Below are positions 55,241-64,000 of a DNA stretch of 64,000 nucleotides, one piece after another (position 1 is the stretch's first letter; the number at the start of each line of letters is the position of its first letter). This DNA comes from Anaerolineales bacterium (GTDB lineage: Bacteria > Chloroflexota > Anaerolineae > Anaerolineales > UBA11579). Below the pieces are notes generated by a model. The model saw nothing but the letters and a program-made list of their open reading frames with translations, did no database searches and was not told where the DNA came from. The position numbers were made by a program, and so were the translations under genes. The stretch covers positions 558,387 to 622,386 of the forward strand of contig CP075526.1 in assembly GCA_025808555.1 (NCBI GenBank), read 5' to 3'.

Positions 55241-57160
55241 CTACGCTTCTTTGAACTCGCCGTCCACGACGTCTTCGCCGTTGGCAGGGCCGCTACCGGC
55301 GCTGCCGGAACCGGCGTCGCCGCCGGAGCCAGCTTCCGGGCCGCCGGGCGCAGCACCGCCGCCCTGGTAGGCTTCGGCGCCCAGTTTCTGCAGGCGCTCC
55401 ATCAGGGCTTCGGTGGCGGATTTCATGGCGGCGACATCTTCGCTGCCCAGGGCTTCACGGGTCTTGGCGACGAGATCTTCGATCTCTTGCTTGCTGGCGG
55501 CGGGCACTTTGTCGCCTAGGTCCTTGAGGGTCTTCTCAGCGGTGTAGATCGCGCTGTCGGCGGTGTTGTGGGCTTCGACCAGCTCCTTGCGCTTGTCGTC
55601 CTCGGCCTTGTGGGACTCGGCGTCCTTGCGCATGCGCTCGACCTCGTCATCCGAGAGGCCGGAGGAGGCGGTGATGGTGATGTGCTGGCTGCGGCTGGTG
55701 GCCTTGTCGGCGGCGGTGACATTGATGATGCCGTTGGCATCGATATCAAAGGTCACTTCCACCTGCGGCACGCCGCGGGGGGCGGGCGGAATACCGTCGA
55801 GCACGAACTTGCCGAGCGACTTGTTGTCTACGGCCATAGGGCGCTCACCCTGCAGCACGTTGATCTCCACCTGGTTCTGATTATCAGCGGCGGTGGAGAA
55901 CACCTGACTCTTGCGGGTGGGAATGGTGGTGTTGCGCTCGATGAGCGGGGTGGCTACGCCGCCCAGCGTCTCGATGGACAGGGTCAGCGGGGTCACGTCG
56001 AGCAGCAGGATGTCCTTGACATCGCCGCCCAGTACGCCGGCCTGAATGGCGGCGCCTACGGCGACGACTTCGTCAGGATTGACGCCCTTGTGCGGCTCTT
56101 TGCCGAACAGCTTCTTGACGGCTTCCTGCACGGCAGGCATGCGGGTCATACCGCCCACCAATACGACTTCGTTGATCTCGCCTGGTTTGAGATCGGCGTC
56201 CTTGAGGGCCTGGCGCACCGGGGCCAGCGTGCGTTCGATCAGGTCTTCGGTGAGCTGCTCCAGCTTGGCGCGGGTGAGCTTGGTGACCAGATGCTTGGGG
56301 CCAGCCGCATCGGCGGTGATGTAGGGCAGGTTGATCTCGGTTTGTTGCAACGAGGAAAGCTCGATCTTGGCCTTCTCGGCGGCTTCTTTCAGACGCTGGA
56401 GAGACTGGCGGTCCTGGCGCAGGTCAATGCCATTCTGGGACTTGAAGTCATCGGCCAGCCAGTTAATGATGCGCTGGTCAAAGTCATCACCGCCCAGGAA
56501 GGTATCACCGCTGGTGGAACGCACCTGGAAGACGCCATCGCCGACATCGAGGATGGAGATATCAAAAGTACCACCACCGAGGTCGTACACGGCGATGATC
56601 TCATTCTTTTGCTTGTCGAGACCGTAGGCCAGAGAAGAAGCGGTGGGCTCGTTGATGATGCGCAACACCTCCAGGCCGGCGATCTTGCCGGCGTCCTTGG
56701 TGGCGTTGCGCTGGGCATCGTTGAAGTAGGCCGGCACGGTAATGACGGCCTGGGTCACGGGTTCGCCCAGGTAGGCTTCGGCGTCGGCCTTGATCTTGGC
56801 CAGGATCATGGCCGAGACCTCGGGCGGCGTATAGCGCTTGTCAGCCATCTCGACTTCGATGCCGCCGTTGCTGGCCTGGTGGATCTTGTAGGGCACAACT
56901 TCCAAAGCTTTGGAGGTCTCGGAGTCATCAAACTTGCGGCCCATGAAACGCTTGATGGAGTAGATGGTGTTCTCCGGGTTCACCACGGCCTGGTTGCGGG
57001 CCGGGCGGCCGACGAGGCGCTCGCCGTTCTTGTTGATGGCCACCACGGAGGGAACGATGCGTTCACCTTCGGCGGTGGGGATGACGACCGGCTCGCCGCC
57101 TTCCATCACAGCGCCAACGGAGTTGGTGGTGCCCAGGTCAATACCGATAATTTTTGCCAT
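55241..57160 (-). CDS. dnaK: molecular chaperone DnaK (Hsp70)
   Basis: [28 protein letters not shown]. 639 aa. Confidence 0.97.
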   Translation of the reverse strand: MAKIIGIDLGTTNSVGAVMEGGEPVVIPTAEGERIVPSVVAINKNGERLVGRPARNQAVVNPENTIYSIKRFMGRKFDDSETSKALEVVPYKIHQASNGGIEVEMADKRYTPPEVSAMILAKIKADAEAYLGEPVTQAVITVPAYFNDAQRNATKDAGKIAGLEVLRIINEPTASSLAYGLDKQKNEIIAVYDLGGGTFDISILDVGDGVFQVRSTSGDTFLGGDDFDQRIINWLADDFKSQNGIDLRQDRQSLQRLKEAAEKAKIELSSLQQTEINLPYITADAAGPKHLVTKLTRAKLEQLTEDLIERTLAPVRQALKDADLKPGEINEVVLVGGMTRMPAVQEAVKKLFGKEPHKGVNPDEVVAVGAAIQAGVLGGDVKDILLLDVTPLTLSIETLGGVATPLIERNTTIPTRKSQVFSTAADNQNQVEINVLQGERPMAVDNKSLGKFVLDGIPPAPRGVPQVEVTFDIDANGIINVTAADKATSRSQHITITASSGLSDDEVERMRKDAESHKAEDDKRKELVEAHNTADSAIYTAEKTLKDLGDKVPAASKQEIEDLVAKTREALGSEDVAAMKSATEALMERLQKLGAEAYQGGGAAPGGPEAGSGGDAGSGSAGSGPANGEDVVDGEFKEA

Positions 57161-57184
57161 GTCTATTTCTCCTCAGAATGATTG

Positions 57185-57700
57185 CTATTTTGCAACTTTG
57201 ACGGCGGCCGGGCGCAGCACACGCTCGCCCAGGCTGTAGCCAGTGCGCAGCACCTCGGTCACGGTGCCGCTCTCGTATTCGTTGTTATCTTCCTGCACCA
57301 CCGCTTCGTGCAGGTTGGCGTCGAAGGGTTGACCCAGCGGGTCAACCCGGGTGACGCCTTCGGCGTCGAGGAAGCCGAGCAGCTTGCGATAGATCAGCTC
57401 GATACCCTTGGGCCAGTCTTCGCCGGCGGGCTGGTTCTTGAGAGCCAGCTCCAGGTCATCCACAATTTCCAGGTAGCGCTTGATGACGCGGCCACGGATC
57501 TCAGCCTCTTGCTGCTCCTGATCACGCGCCATACGCTTTTTGTAGTTGGCGAACTCGGCCTGAGCGCGCTGCCAGCCTTCGAGGTTCTCGGCGGCCTTGG
57601 CATGTGCGGCGGCCAGCTCTTGCTGCAGGCCCAAGTCCGCGGCGGTCTCGCCATGGGCTGGTTGCATCTCTTCAGGTGTTTGGGTTGTCTCGTCCATCAT
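57185..57700 (-). CDS. grpE: nucleotide exchange factor GrpE
   Basis: QRAQAEFANYKKR...FDANLHEAV pattern, located between hrcA and dnaK. Confidence 0.9.
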   Translation of the reverse strand: MMDETTQTPEEMQPAHGETAADLGLQQELAAAHAKAAENLEGWQRAQAEFANYKKRMARDQEQQEAEIRGRVIKRYLEIVDDLELALKNQPAGEDWPKGIELIYRKLLGFLDAEGVTRVDPLGQPFDANLHEAVVQEDNNEYESGTVTEVLRTGYSLGERVLRPAAVKVAK

Positions 57701-57708
57701 GTCCTAGA

Positions 57709-58755
57709 TCAGTCCTGTGTACTCATGGTTTCGGCCATCATGCCGCTGAGCAAGCCGGCAACATAGTCAACGGTGGAAACGGCGCGACCGTACGACATGC
57801 GAATGGGGCCAAGCACACCGAGGTAGCCGCTGGCGGCGTTGGGCGTGCCGTAGCGCGCCAGAACCAGCGAAAAGTCATTCAGCTCTTCCCAGCGGCCTTC
57901 GCCGCCGATAAGCACTTGCACGCCACCGATCTCGCTGTTCATCAAGGTCTGCGCCAGCAAATCGGCCAGCATGGGGCGCTCCTCGAACACGCGCAGGGCG
58001 CGCTGGGCCGAATCCGCATCGCTGAACTCTGGCTGGGCCAGCACGTTGGTCAGGCCGTCCTGCAACACCTCGCCGGTGAGCGGGCTCTGCGTGTTCTGGA
58101 GCTCGGCATGCACCAGCTTGTAGATCTCGCCAGCCAGCTCGCCCATTTCGGGCGCGGGCGGCAGCACCGTATCCAGGGTGGCGCCGCGCAGGTGCTGATT
58201 AAGCTTGGCAGCCATGCTACTGAGGCGCTCCTGGTCTACGGAATCTTTGAGGGCCAGCATCTGTTGGCGAATGAGGCCGTTCTCCAGCACCAGCACCATC
58301 AGTACCTGCCGGCCGGTTGTCAGAATGAGCTCGAGGTGCTTGAAGCGCGCCGACTGGGTCTGCGGGGCGGTGATGAGCGAGGCGGCGCGGGACTGGTTGG
58401 CCAGTACGGAGGCGGCCAGCTTCATCCACTGCTGGGTCTCGTGGCGGGCCTGGTAGAACTGGTGGCTGATGGTGTGCTTGAGGGAGGCCGGCAGCTCCTG
58501 GCGGGCCATGAGCTCGCCGACGAAGAAGCGGAAGCCTTCTTCGGTGGGCACGCGGCCAGCCGAGGTGTGCGGCTGGCGTAGGTAGCCAGCCTCGGTAAGC
58601 TCGGCCATGTCATTGCGGATGGTGGCCGAGCTGAAGTCGAGCGCATATTGATCCAGCAGGCGTTTGGAGCCGACTGGCTGGGTGCTCTCGACATAATCCT
58701 GGACGATCAGGCCCAGGATCAGCTTCTGGCGTTCACTGAGTGGTTGCGGTGTCAT
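57709..58755 (-). CDS. hrcA: heat-inducible transcription repressor HrcA
   Basis: LSERQKLILGLIVQDYVESTQPVGSK...SSATIRNDMAELTEAGYL. Confidence 0.9.
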   Translation of the reverse strand: MTPQPLSERQKLILGLIVQDYVESTQPVGSKRLLDQYALDFSSATIRNDMAELTEAGYLRQPHTSAGRVPTEEGFRFFVGELMARQELPASLKHTISHQFYQARHETQQWMKLAASVLANQSRAASLITAPQTQSARFKHLELILTTGRQVLMVLVLENGLIRQQMLALKDSVDQERLSSMAAKLNQHLRGATLDTVLPPAPEMGELAGEIYKLVHAELQNTQSPLTGEVLQDGLTNVLAQPEFSDADSAQRALRVFEERPMLADLLAQTLMNSEIGGVQVLIGGEGRWEELNDFSLVLARYGTPNAASGYLGVLGPIRMSYGRAVSTVDYVAGLLSGMMAETMSTQD

Positions 58756-58767
58756 AGGTGTCTTGTT

Positions 58768-58794
58768 TTAGCACTCTCACATCGAGAGTGCTAA
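58768..58794. promoter_or_regulatory. CIRCE operator of the hrcA-grpE-dnaK-dnaJ operon
   Basis: TTAGCACTC-tcacatcga-GAGTGCTAA is a perfect match to the CIRCE consensus. Confidence 0.9.
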
Positions 58795-58809
58795 AAGCAT
58801 ACTTTACTC

Positions 58810-58838
58810 ATTTTAACAAGCGTAAACAGGGCAGTCAA
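58810..58838 (-). promoter_or_regulatory. hrcA operon sigma-70-type promoter
   Basis: Minus strand reads TTGACT-17 nt-TAAAAT. The -35 overlaps the upstream gene's terminator hairpin CAGGGCAGT...ACTGCCCTG. Confidence 0.7.
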
Positions 58839-58890
58839 GAAAATAACTGCCCTGCTGGAGTTTCTTACAAAGGTCTAAGAGTGAACCTGA

Positions 58891-60096
58891 CTACTGGTTT
58901 ATGGAGCTGAAGGCCAGCTCGACGTAGCTGGAGTTGGGGTTGGCGGCGCGGGCCAGGTTGAATTGTTCAAGCATACCGGCATGGTCGCCCTGCTTTTGCA
59001 TCAGCCAGCCGCGCCAGATCAACACTTCTTCTGAGTTGGGGGTGATGACCAGCGCATAGTCCACCAATTTCTGCAGGTCTTCCAAGCGGTTGGTGTGATA
59101 GTAGGCAAAGAAGGGCCCAAACTGATAGCGCAGCATGCGCATGGGCCACCCGATCACGCGGGCCTGGTCAAAGGAGACGGCCGCGTTGGCATAATCGGCA
59201 AGATTGACCTGGTTCATGCCCAGATTGAACCAGGCATAAGCATTATCCGGCTGCTGCTGCACTTCTTCTTGTGAGGCAACCAGTGCATTCTGGCGATTGA
59301 CGCTGGCATCCCAATCATCGCCGAGGATAGCCTGCACCACCTCGGACTGGTCAGGCCGGAACACCAGGTTATAGACCCGGTTGAAGTGCTGCCACCACAT
59401 GTCAAATTCTTCGTAGCCCATGCGCTGGTCAGGGCCGTTGTAGCTATCCTGGAAGATAAATTCCTGCGTGGCATCGTCATAGCCGGTCACCAGGGCATAG
59501 TGCCCGTTCCAGTAGTCATCGTTGAAAAGATAGTCGATCTCGATGACGTGGCCTTTTTCAACCATGACCGGAACGCCAGCGGCGAGCAGTTGCTTGATCA
59601 GCTCCAGGCTGCCGTTGACGCGGAAGAGCGTATTGAGCGCGCCAACGTTCACGCGCACGTAATGATCCAACTCATCCACATTGACATTGCGGTCGGCAGT
59701 GACTGGCTTGATGACATCTGAAATGGTGTATTGGTCCCGATCCCACCCGTAATAGCGCAAGTACATGGCTAATGTGGCCGGGCCGCAGTTGTTTGGGCCC
59801 TGGGTAACGTGCGCAGGCGGCGGAAGCAACACGCTGGGTGGCAGCGGGGTTGGGGTGGCCTGTAGGGTTGCGGTGGGGGTGGTCAGCATGGGAGTTTGCG
59901 TGAGCTGGAAAACCGGGCTGCTGACCGCGATCTGGGGCGGCGGCAGCTCGCCGACGGGGTTGAGGCGGCTGCGCACGAAGACCTGCGCCAGGTCCAGGCG
60001 CCATTCCAAACGTTCTTTGACCCAGGGGATCTGATACACCAGCAAGGCCAGGACCAGCAGGCCGAGCAAACCAAGAGCAATGTTACGAATACGCAT
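58891..60096 (-). CDS. membrane-anchored C39-like cysteine peptidase domain protein with C-terminal TPR
   Basis: TM anchor and PT linker, then GPNNCGPATLAMYLRYYGW (papain-like C39_2/BtrH-like Cys motif) and a TPR-like tail. Confidence 0.65.
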   Translation of the reverse strand: MRIRNIALGLLGLLVLALLVYQIPWVKERLEWRLDLAQVFVRSRLNPVGELPPPQIAVSSPVFQLTQTPMLTTPTATLQATPTPLPPSVLLPPPAHVTQGPNNCGPATLAMYLRYYGWDRDQYTISDVIKPVTADRNVNVDELDHYVRVNVGALNTLFRVNGSLELIKQLLAAGVPVMVEKGHVIEIDYLFNDDYWNGHYALVTGYDDATQEFIFQDSYNGPDQRMGYEEFDMWWQHFNRVYNLVFRPDQSEVVQAILGDDWDASVNRQNALVASQEEVQQQPDNAYAWFNLGMNQVNLADYANAAVSFDQARVIGWPMRMLRYQFGPFFAYYHTNRLEDLQKLVDYALVITPNSEEVLIWRGWLMQKQGDHAGMLEQFNLARAANPNSSYVELAFSSINQ

Positions 60097-60247
60097 CGGG
60101 TTGATTGTATCCAGCTATCTTGAGTGCAGGCTAAGTATTGTAGTGTGTGTGCACGGGAACTATTGCCACGCAGCTGGCGTTTAGCACACACACTAAGGAG
60201 AAACCACGAAATGGAGTATCGTTCTACTAAGCGCACTACTGCTGCTG

Positions 60248-60622
60248 GTGGCCGCCTGCAGCCCAGCGGCGGGCAACCGAGTGTTTGAGGCCGGCCAGGC
60301 GGAAATGAAGCCGGGCGAGAGCCTGGATGACGTGCAGTCCGGCTCGGTGTTAACCTTTGCCGGAATCGTGCAAGACAGTCGCTGCCCGGCCGATGCGATC
60401 TGCTTAACGTCCGGCTTCGTGCAGGCACAATTTGCGATCCAGGAGGGCAACAACACCCGCGTGGTGGTGCTGACCCTGGGCGACATGAGCGCCGGCGATG
60501 TGAATTCCACCAACGTGGGCGAGTTCACCGTGACCCTGGTGGAGGTCAACCCCTACCCGTTGGCCTCAGCTCCCGTGGACTATGCCGATTACAGCGTCGT
60601 GCTGGATCTGGACGCTGACTAA
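60248..60622 (+). CDS. small secreted lipoprotein-like protein (start codon unresolved)
   Basis: The reading frame is open from 60197 and encodes ...KWSIVLLSALLLLVAACSPAAG (signal peptide plus lipobox) upstream of the first canonical in-frame start, GTG at 60248. See findings. Confidence 0.5.
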   Translation: MAACSPAAGNRVFEAGQAEMKPGESLDDVQSGSVLTFAGIVQDSRCPADAICLTSGFVQAQFAIQEGNNTRVVVLTLGDMSAGDVNSTNVGEFTVTLVEVNPYPLASAPVDYADYSVVLDLDAD

Positions 60623-60637
60623 TAATGCTACATCAAC

Positions 60638-60669
60638 AAAAAAGCGCACTCATACGAGTGCGCTTTTTT
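60638..60669 (+). terminator. intrinsic terminator
   Basis: AAAAAA-GCGCACTC-atac-GAGTGCGC-TTTTTT. Confidence 0.8.
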
Positions 60670-60699
60670 GTTGCGCTGATTTAGCTATAATCCCTGACC

Positions 60700-62067
60700 A
60701 TGAAATACCACATCTGGACCGAGGGCTGCCAAATGAACGTGGCCGACTCGCAGCGGGTCGCTTCGGCGCTGGAGCGGCTGGGCTACCAGGCCACACCGGT
60801 GATCGAGGACGCGCAAGTCATCGTGCTCAACACCTGCGTGGTGCGCCAGAGCGCCGAGGACAAGGCCATGGGGCGGGTTACCTCGCTCAAGCCGCTCAAG
60901 CAGGCCAAGCCAGATGTGACCATCAACTTGATGGGTTGCATGGTGGGCGTAAAGGGGCAGGACAAGCTGCGCGAAGCCCTGCCGTTTGTGGATGTATTCT
61001 CGCCGCCCTCCGACCCCGGCCCGCTGGTTGCCCACCTGACCCAGGACGACAGCCGTTACATTGAACTGCAGGACACCCAGCAGCGCTTTGACGCCATGGA
61101 TGATGAATCGCTGATCCTGCCTGCCGAGGAACGCGGCAACCTGGTGAGCGCGCATGTGCCGGTGGTGTATGGCTGCTCGCATGCGTGCACGTTCTGCATC
61201 ATCCCCTACCGCCGCGGCGTCGAACGCAGCCGGCCGCTGGGCGAGATCGTGGCCGAGATCCGCTCGCTGGCGGCGCAGGGCGTGAAGGAAGTGACCCTGC
61301 TAGGCCAGATCGTCGACCGCTATGGCAAAGACGTGCCAGACGGCCCCAACCTGCCCGCCCTGCTGCGCCACGTGAGCGAAGTGGATGGCATTGAGCGCAT
61401 CCGCTTCCTGACCTCGCATCCCAACTGGATGACCGACGAGCTACTGGAGACGGTGGCCGCCCTGCCCAAAGTGATGCCACATATTGAAGTGCCGGTGCAA
61501 GCCGGTGATGACGAAGTGCTGGCCAACATGAAGCGCGGCTACACGGTTGCGGAGTACCGCGCACTGGTGGAGCGTATTCGCCGCATCATTCCGCACGTAT
61601 CGATCGCTACTGACATCATCGTCGGCTTCCCCGGCGAGAGCGAGGCGCAGTTCGAAGGTACGCGCCAACTGCTGGCCGAGCTCAAGCTGGATGTGGCCCA
61701 CCTGGCGCGCTATTCGACCCGCGAGGGTACGGTGGCCGCCCGCCGCATGGTGGACGATGTGCCCGAGGACGAGAAGATGCGCCGCCTCAAAGTGCTTGAC
61801 CGCCAGCAGGAAGCCATCCTGAGCGAGATCAACGCCCGTTACATGGGCGAGACTGTGACAGTATTGTTTGAGGAAGAAGTGCGCGGCCGTTGGAAGGGGC
61901 GCACGGAAACGAATAAGCTGGTCTTCGTGCAGAGTGATGCCAGCCTGCGCGGCCAGGTGTTGCCGGTGCAGATCACCTGGACCGGCCCATGGTCAATGCA
62001 GGGCCGCTTGCTGCCCAGCCCGGCTAGCGCTCCTATTTTGCTGGAGACGATAGCCATCTCCGGCTAG
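60700..62067 (+). CDS. miaB: tRNA-2-methylthio-N6-dimethylallyladenosine synthase
   Basis: UPF0004 domain (WTEGCQMNVADS), radical-SAM CxxxCxxC (CSHACTFCIIP) and a TRAM domain. Confidence 0.93.
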   Translation: MKYHIWTEGCQMNVADSQRVASALERLGYQATPVIEDAQVIVLNTCVVRQSAEDKAMGRVTSLKPLKQAKPDVTINLMGCMVGVKGQDKLREALPFVDVFSPPSDPGPLVAHLTQDDSRYIELQDTQQRFDAMDDESLILPAEERGNLVSAHVPVVYGCSHACTFCIIPYRRGVERSRPLGEIVAEIRSLAAQGVKEVTLLGQIVDRYGKDVPDGPNLPALLRHVSEVDGIERIRFLTSHPNWMTDELLETVAALPKVMPHIEVPVQAGDDEVLANMKRGYTVAEYRALVERIRRIIPHVSIATDIIVGFPGESEAQFEGTRQLLAELKLDVAHLARYSTREGTVAARRMVDDVPEDEKMRRLKVLDRQQEAILSEINARYMGETVTVLFEEEVRGRWKGRTETNKLVFVQSDASLRGQVLPVQITWTGPWSMQGRLLPSPASAPILLETIAISG

Positions 62068-62075
62068 TTTGCAAT

Positions 62076-62109
62076 AAAAAAAAAGACTGCGCCAATGGCG
62101 CAGTCTTTT
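62076..62109 (+). terminator. miaB intrinsic terminator
   Basis: AAAAAAAAA-GACTGCGCC-aa-TGGCGCAGTC-TTTT. Confidence 0.75.
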
Positions 62110-62245
62110 ACTTTAAGCGCAAACGGGCGCCTCGCCGCGCCCGTTTGCGATCTCAAGGGAGGAGAGAAGTGCAGAGATCACTTGCTCCTACTTCAGCAGA
62201 CGCAAGCGTAGCCGCAATCCTTACCTGCCTAACCAAACAAGTTTG

Positions 62246-63532
62246 TTAGCCTGTCGTGGCCGCCGAAGCCGCCTCCGCGGCCTGGGTGCGCGGGTGGCCT
62301 TTTTCCACGCTCATCACCGGGCGCATGAAGAAGCCTGCCGCGCCGATCAGCACACACACCAGGCCGCCGGCCATGTACCAGGTCTGCACGCCAAACTGAT
62401 CAGACAAGGGACCGGAAAGCACCAAGCTGATCGGTGAGGCGGCGGTGGCAAAACTGCCGATGAGGGTGAAGACGCGGCCCTGCATGTTGGGGTCCACCGC
62501 GGTCTGGAAGATAGCGCCCAGCGAGCCATTGGTGACCGGTACAGCGATGCCCACGCCGAACATGCCGGCAACCGCCAGCAGGAAGGCGTTGGGCGGCACC
62601 ACGCCGACCACGAAGGAGAACAGGCCAATGCCAATGATCCCCACCAGCACGGTGGCCACCTGGCGCTTAAAGCCACCCCAGGCGCCGAGGACCAAGCCGC
62701 CGGCGATCACGCCAACGCTGAACACGGCATCGAACAGCGCCAGGTCCTTCACCCCGCCTTCGAAGTATTGTGTGATCAGCAGCGGGGTCAATGCGCCGGC
62801 CGGGGTGAGCATGAAGTTGATGGCGGTGGCCATCAGCAAAATGATCATCAGGCCCTTCCATTCAAAGACGTAACGGAAGCCGGCACGAAAATCCTGCCAG
62901 AAGCTGGTCGGCTCGGCGCCGGCGGGCGGCGCGGGCGGCTGCGGCACCTGGAAGAAGAACAACGGCGTCACAGCCAGCAAGGCGGTGACCACATCCACGG
63001 CCAGCACGCCCTGCATCGGCAGCAGCTCCAGCAGCAAGGCGCCCAGCGGGGCGGCGATGATGTTGAGGCCGCCGCCCAACATCTGGTTGACGCCCTGGAT
63101 GCGGGCGAGATGGCGCTTGGGCACCATCAGCGAGGTGGAAGCGGCCATGGCCGGGCCATGGAAACTGCCGCCCAGCGAGCGCAGGAACATGAGCACATAG
63201 ATGTGCCAGATCTGCACCAGGTCCAGCGCGAACAGGATCGCCAAGGTGAGCGTGAGCAGCGCAATGCAGCTATCAGCGATCATCATGATGCGGCGGCGGT
63301 TGCCGCGGTCTACGAAGGAACCAGCCAGCGGGCCGAGAAAGATGCTAGGCAGCAACGCGACCAGGGTCGCGGTGGTGAGCACCACGGCCGAGCCGGTTTC
63401 ACGGGTCAGGTACCACACCAGGGCAAACTGCACCAGCTGGCTGCCCAGGATGGAAAAGGCCTGGCCAGTCCAGATGGTGAAGAAACGGCGCTGCCAGTTT
63501 TGTTGCTCTAGCGGATCTGCTTGTTCGGTCAT
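62246..63532 (-). CDS. MFS transporter (DHA3/EntS-like family)
   Basis: FFTIWTGQAFSILGSQLVQFALVWYL. Paralog of the gene at 10284-11663. Confidence 0.85.
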   Translation of the reverse strand: MTEQADPLEQQNWQRRFFTIWTGQAFSILGSQLVQFALVWYLTRETGSAVVLTTATLVALLPSIFLGPLAGSFVDRGNRRRIMMIADSCIALLTLTLAILFALDLVQIWHIYVLMFLRSLGGSFHGPAMAASTSLMVPKRHLARIQGVNQMLGGGLNIIAAPLGALLLELLPMQGVLAVDVVTALLAVTPLFFFQVPQPPAPPAGAEPTSFWQDFRAGFRYVFEWKGLMIILLMATAINFMLTPAGALTPLLITQYFEGGVKDLALFDAVFSVGVIAGGLVLGAWGGFKRQVATVLVGIIGIGLFSFVVGVVPPNAFLLAVAGMFGVGIAVPVTNGSLGAIFQTAVDPNMQGRVFTLIGSFATAASPISLVLSGPLSDQFGVQTWYMAGGLVCVLIGAAGFFMRPVMSVEKGHPRTQAAEAASAATTG

Positions 63533-63592
63533 TCTCTCTCCTCAGGATGCACTACGGATGAATTCAGGCAAAGTTGTCAGCTGTCAGTGAGC

Positions 63593-64000
63593 TTAGTTCT
63601 GCGAAGCGGCGGGTTGAGCCGGCTGCTTTGAAGGTTCAGGGCGTCCGTCTTCTAGATCGCGCACGGCGGGGATCATCAAACCAAAGGCTCCAATGAAGAT
63701 GCACAAACCACCGGCCACCAGATACCACAACGGCACACCATATGTGTCAACGATGGGGCCAGCCAGCAGCAAACCTACTGGCGCCATGGCGCTCGCCAGG
63801 CTGATCACCAGTGAGAACACGCGGCCCTGGCGGGCAGGGTCAACGGTGGCCTGCATCACGGCCCAGAAGGCGCCGTTGGATAGCGGCAGCATCAGCCCCG
63901 CCAGCAGCGTGCATGCCAGGGCGAAGGTGAACCCGCCGGGCGGCAGCAAGCCCATCAGGCCGAAGGCCAGGCCAAGGCCCAGCAAGCCGAGCTGCGAGGT
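63593..64000 (-). CDS. MFS transporter, same family (5' part beyond window edge)
   Basis: The C-terminal 130+ aa align in pattern with the C terminus of the neighbouring MFS gene (QGRVFSL...PVGLLLAGP..D..G). The ORF stays open to the window end. Confidence 0.8.
   Translation of the reverse strand, partial: TSQLGLLGLGLAFGLMGLLPPGGFTFALACTLLAGLMLPLSNGAFWAVMQATVDPARQGRVFSLVISLASAMAPVGLLLAGPIVDTYGVPLWYLVAGGLCIFIGAFGLMIPAVRDLEDGRPEPSKQPAQPAASQN

Noticed and set aside
55568-57181. 537-aa plus-strand ORF
   Set aside because: Antisense shadow of dnaK.

Overview
High-GC (about 62-65% by eye) bacterial chromosomal segment. Likely a Chloroflexota-like organism: it has Firmicute-style regulation (T-box, CIRCE/HrcA, RNase J) together with Pro/Thr-rich linkers in many secreted proteins. 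This taxonomy is an inference only. All protein calls come from motif recognition in the supplied translations; no database search was run.

Most of the window is housekeeping:
- metG, and leuS preceded by a Leu T-box leader
- two tRNA-Ala genes and one tRNA-Arg
- PBP1A, an amidase, an L,D-transpeptidase
- the rpmH-rnpA-yidD-yidC-jag operon
- gap, rnj, trmD, prmA, miaB
- groES-groEL and hrcA-grpE-dnaK-dnaJ, each with a perfect CIRCE operator
- ABC and MFS transporters

The standout is a lower-GC, roughly 4.2-kb cassette (30.3-34.5 kb) next to tRNA-Arg and flanked by a 12-nt direct repeat. It encodes a polytopic HisKA_3 sensor kinase, an unannotated 49-codon ORF ending ...LAWDTWGEAK, a divergent polyprenyl-synthetase-fold protein, and a NarL/LuxR response regulator. 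This is the component list of a ComQXPA-type prenylated-peptide quorum-sensing circuit, in a rearranged layout and apparently outside the Firmicutes.

Other points worth a second look:
- a tRNA-tRNA-T-box-leuS arrangement with no room for a separate promoter
- two families of short intergenic repeats
- AT-rich operator palindromes
- a terminator-like hairpin inside the long rnj leader
- a large orphan protein
- a lipoprotein gene with no canonical in-frame start codon

No CRISPR array, rRNA, transposase or integrase was seen.
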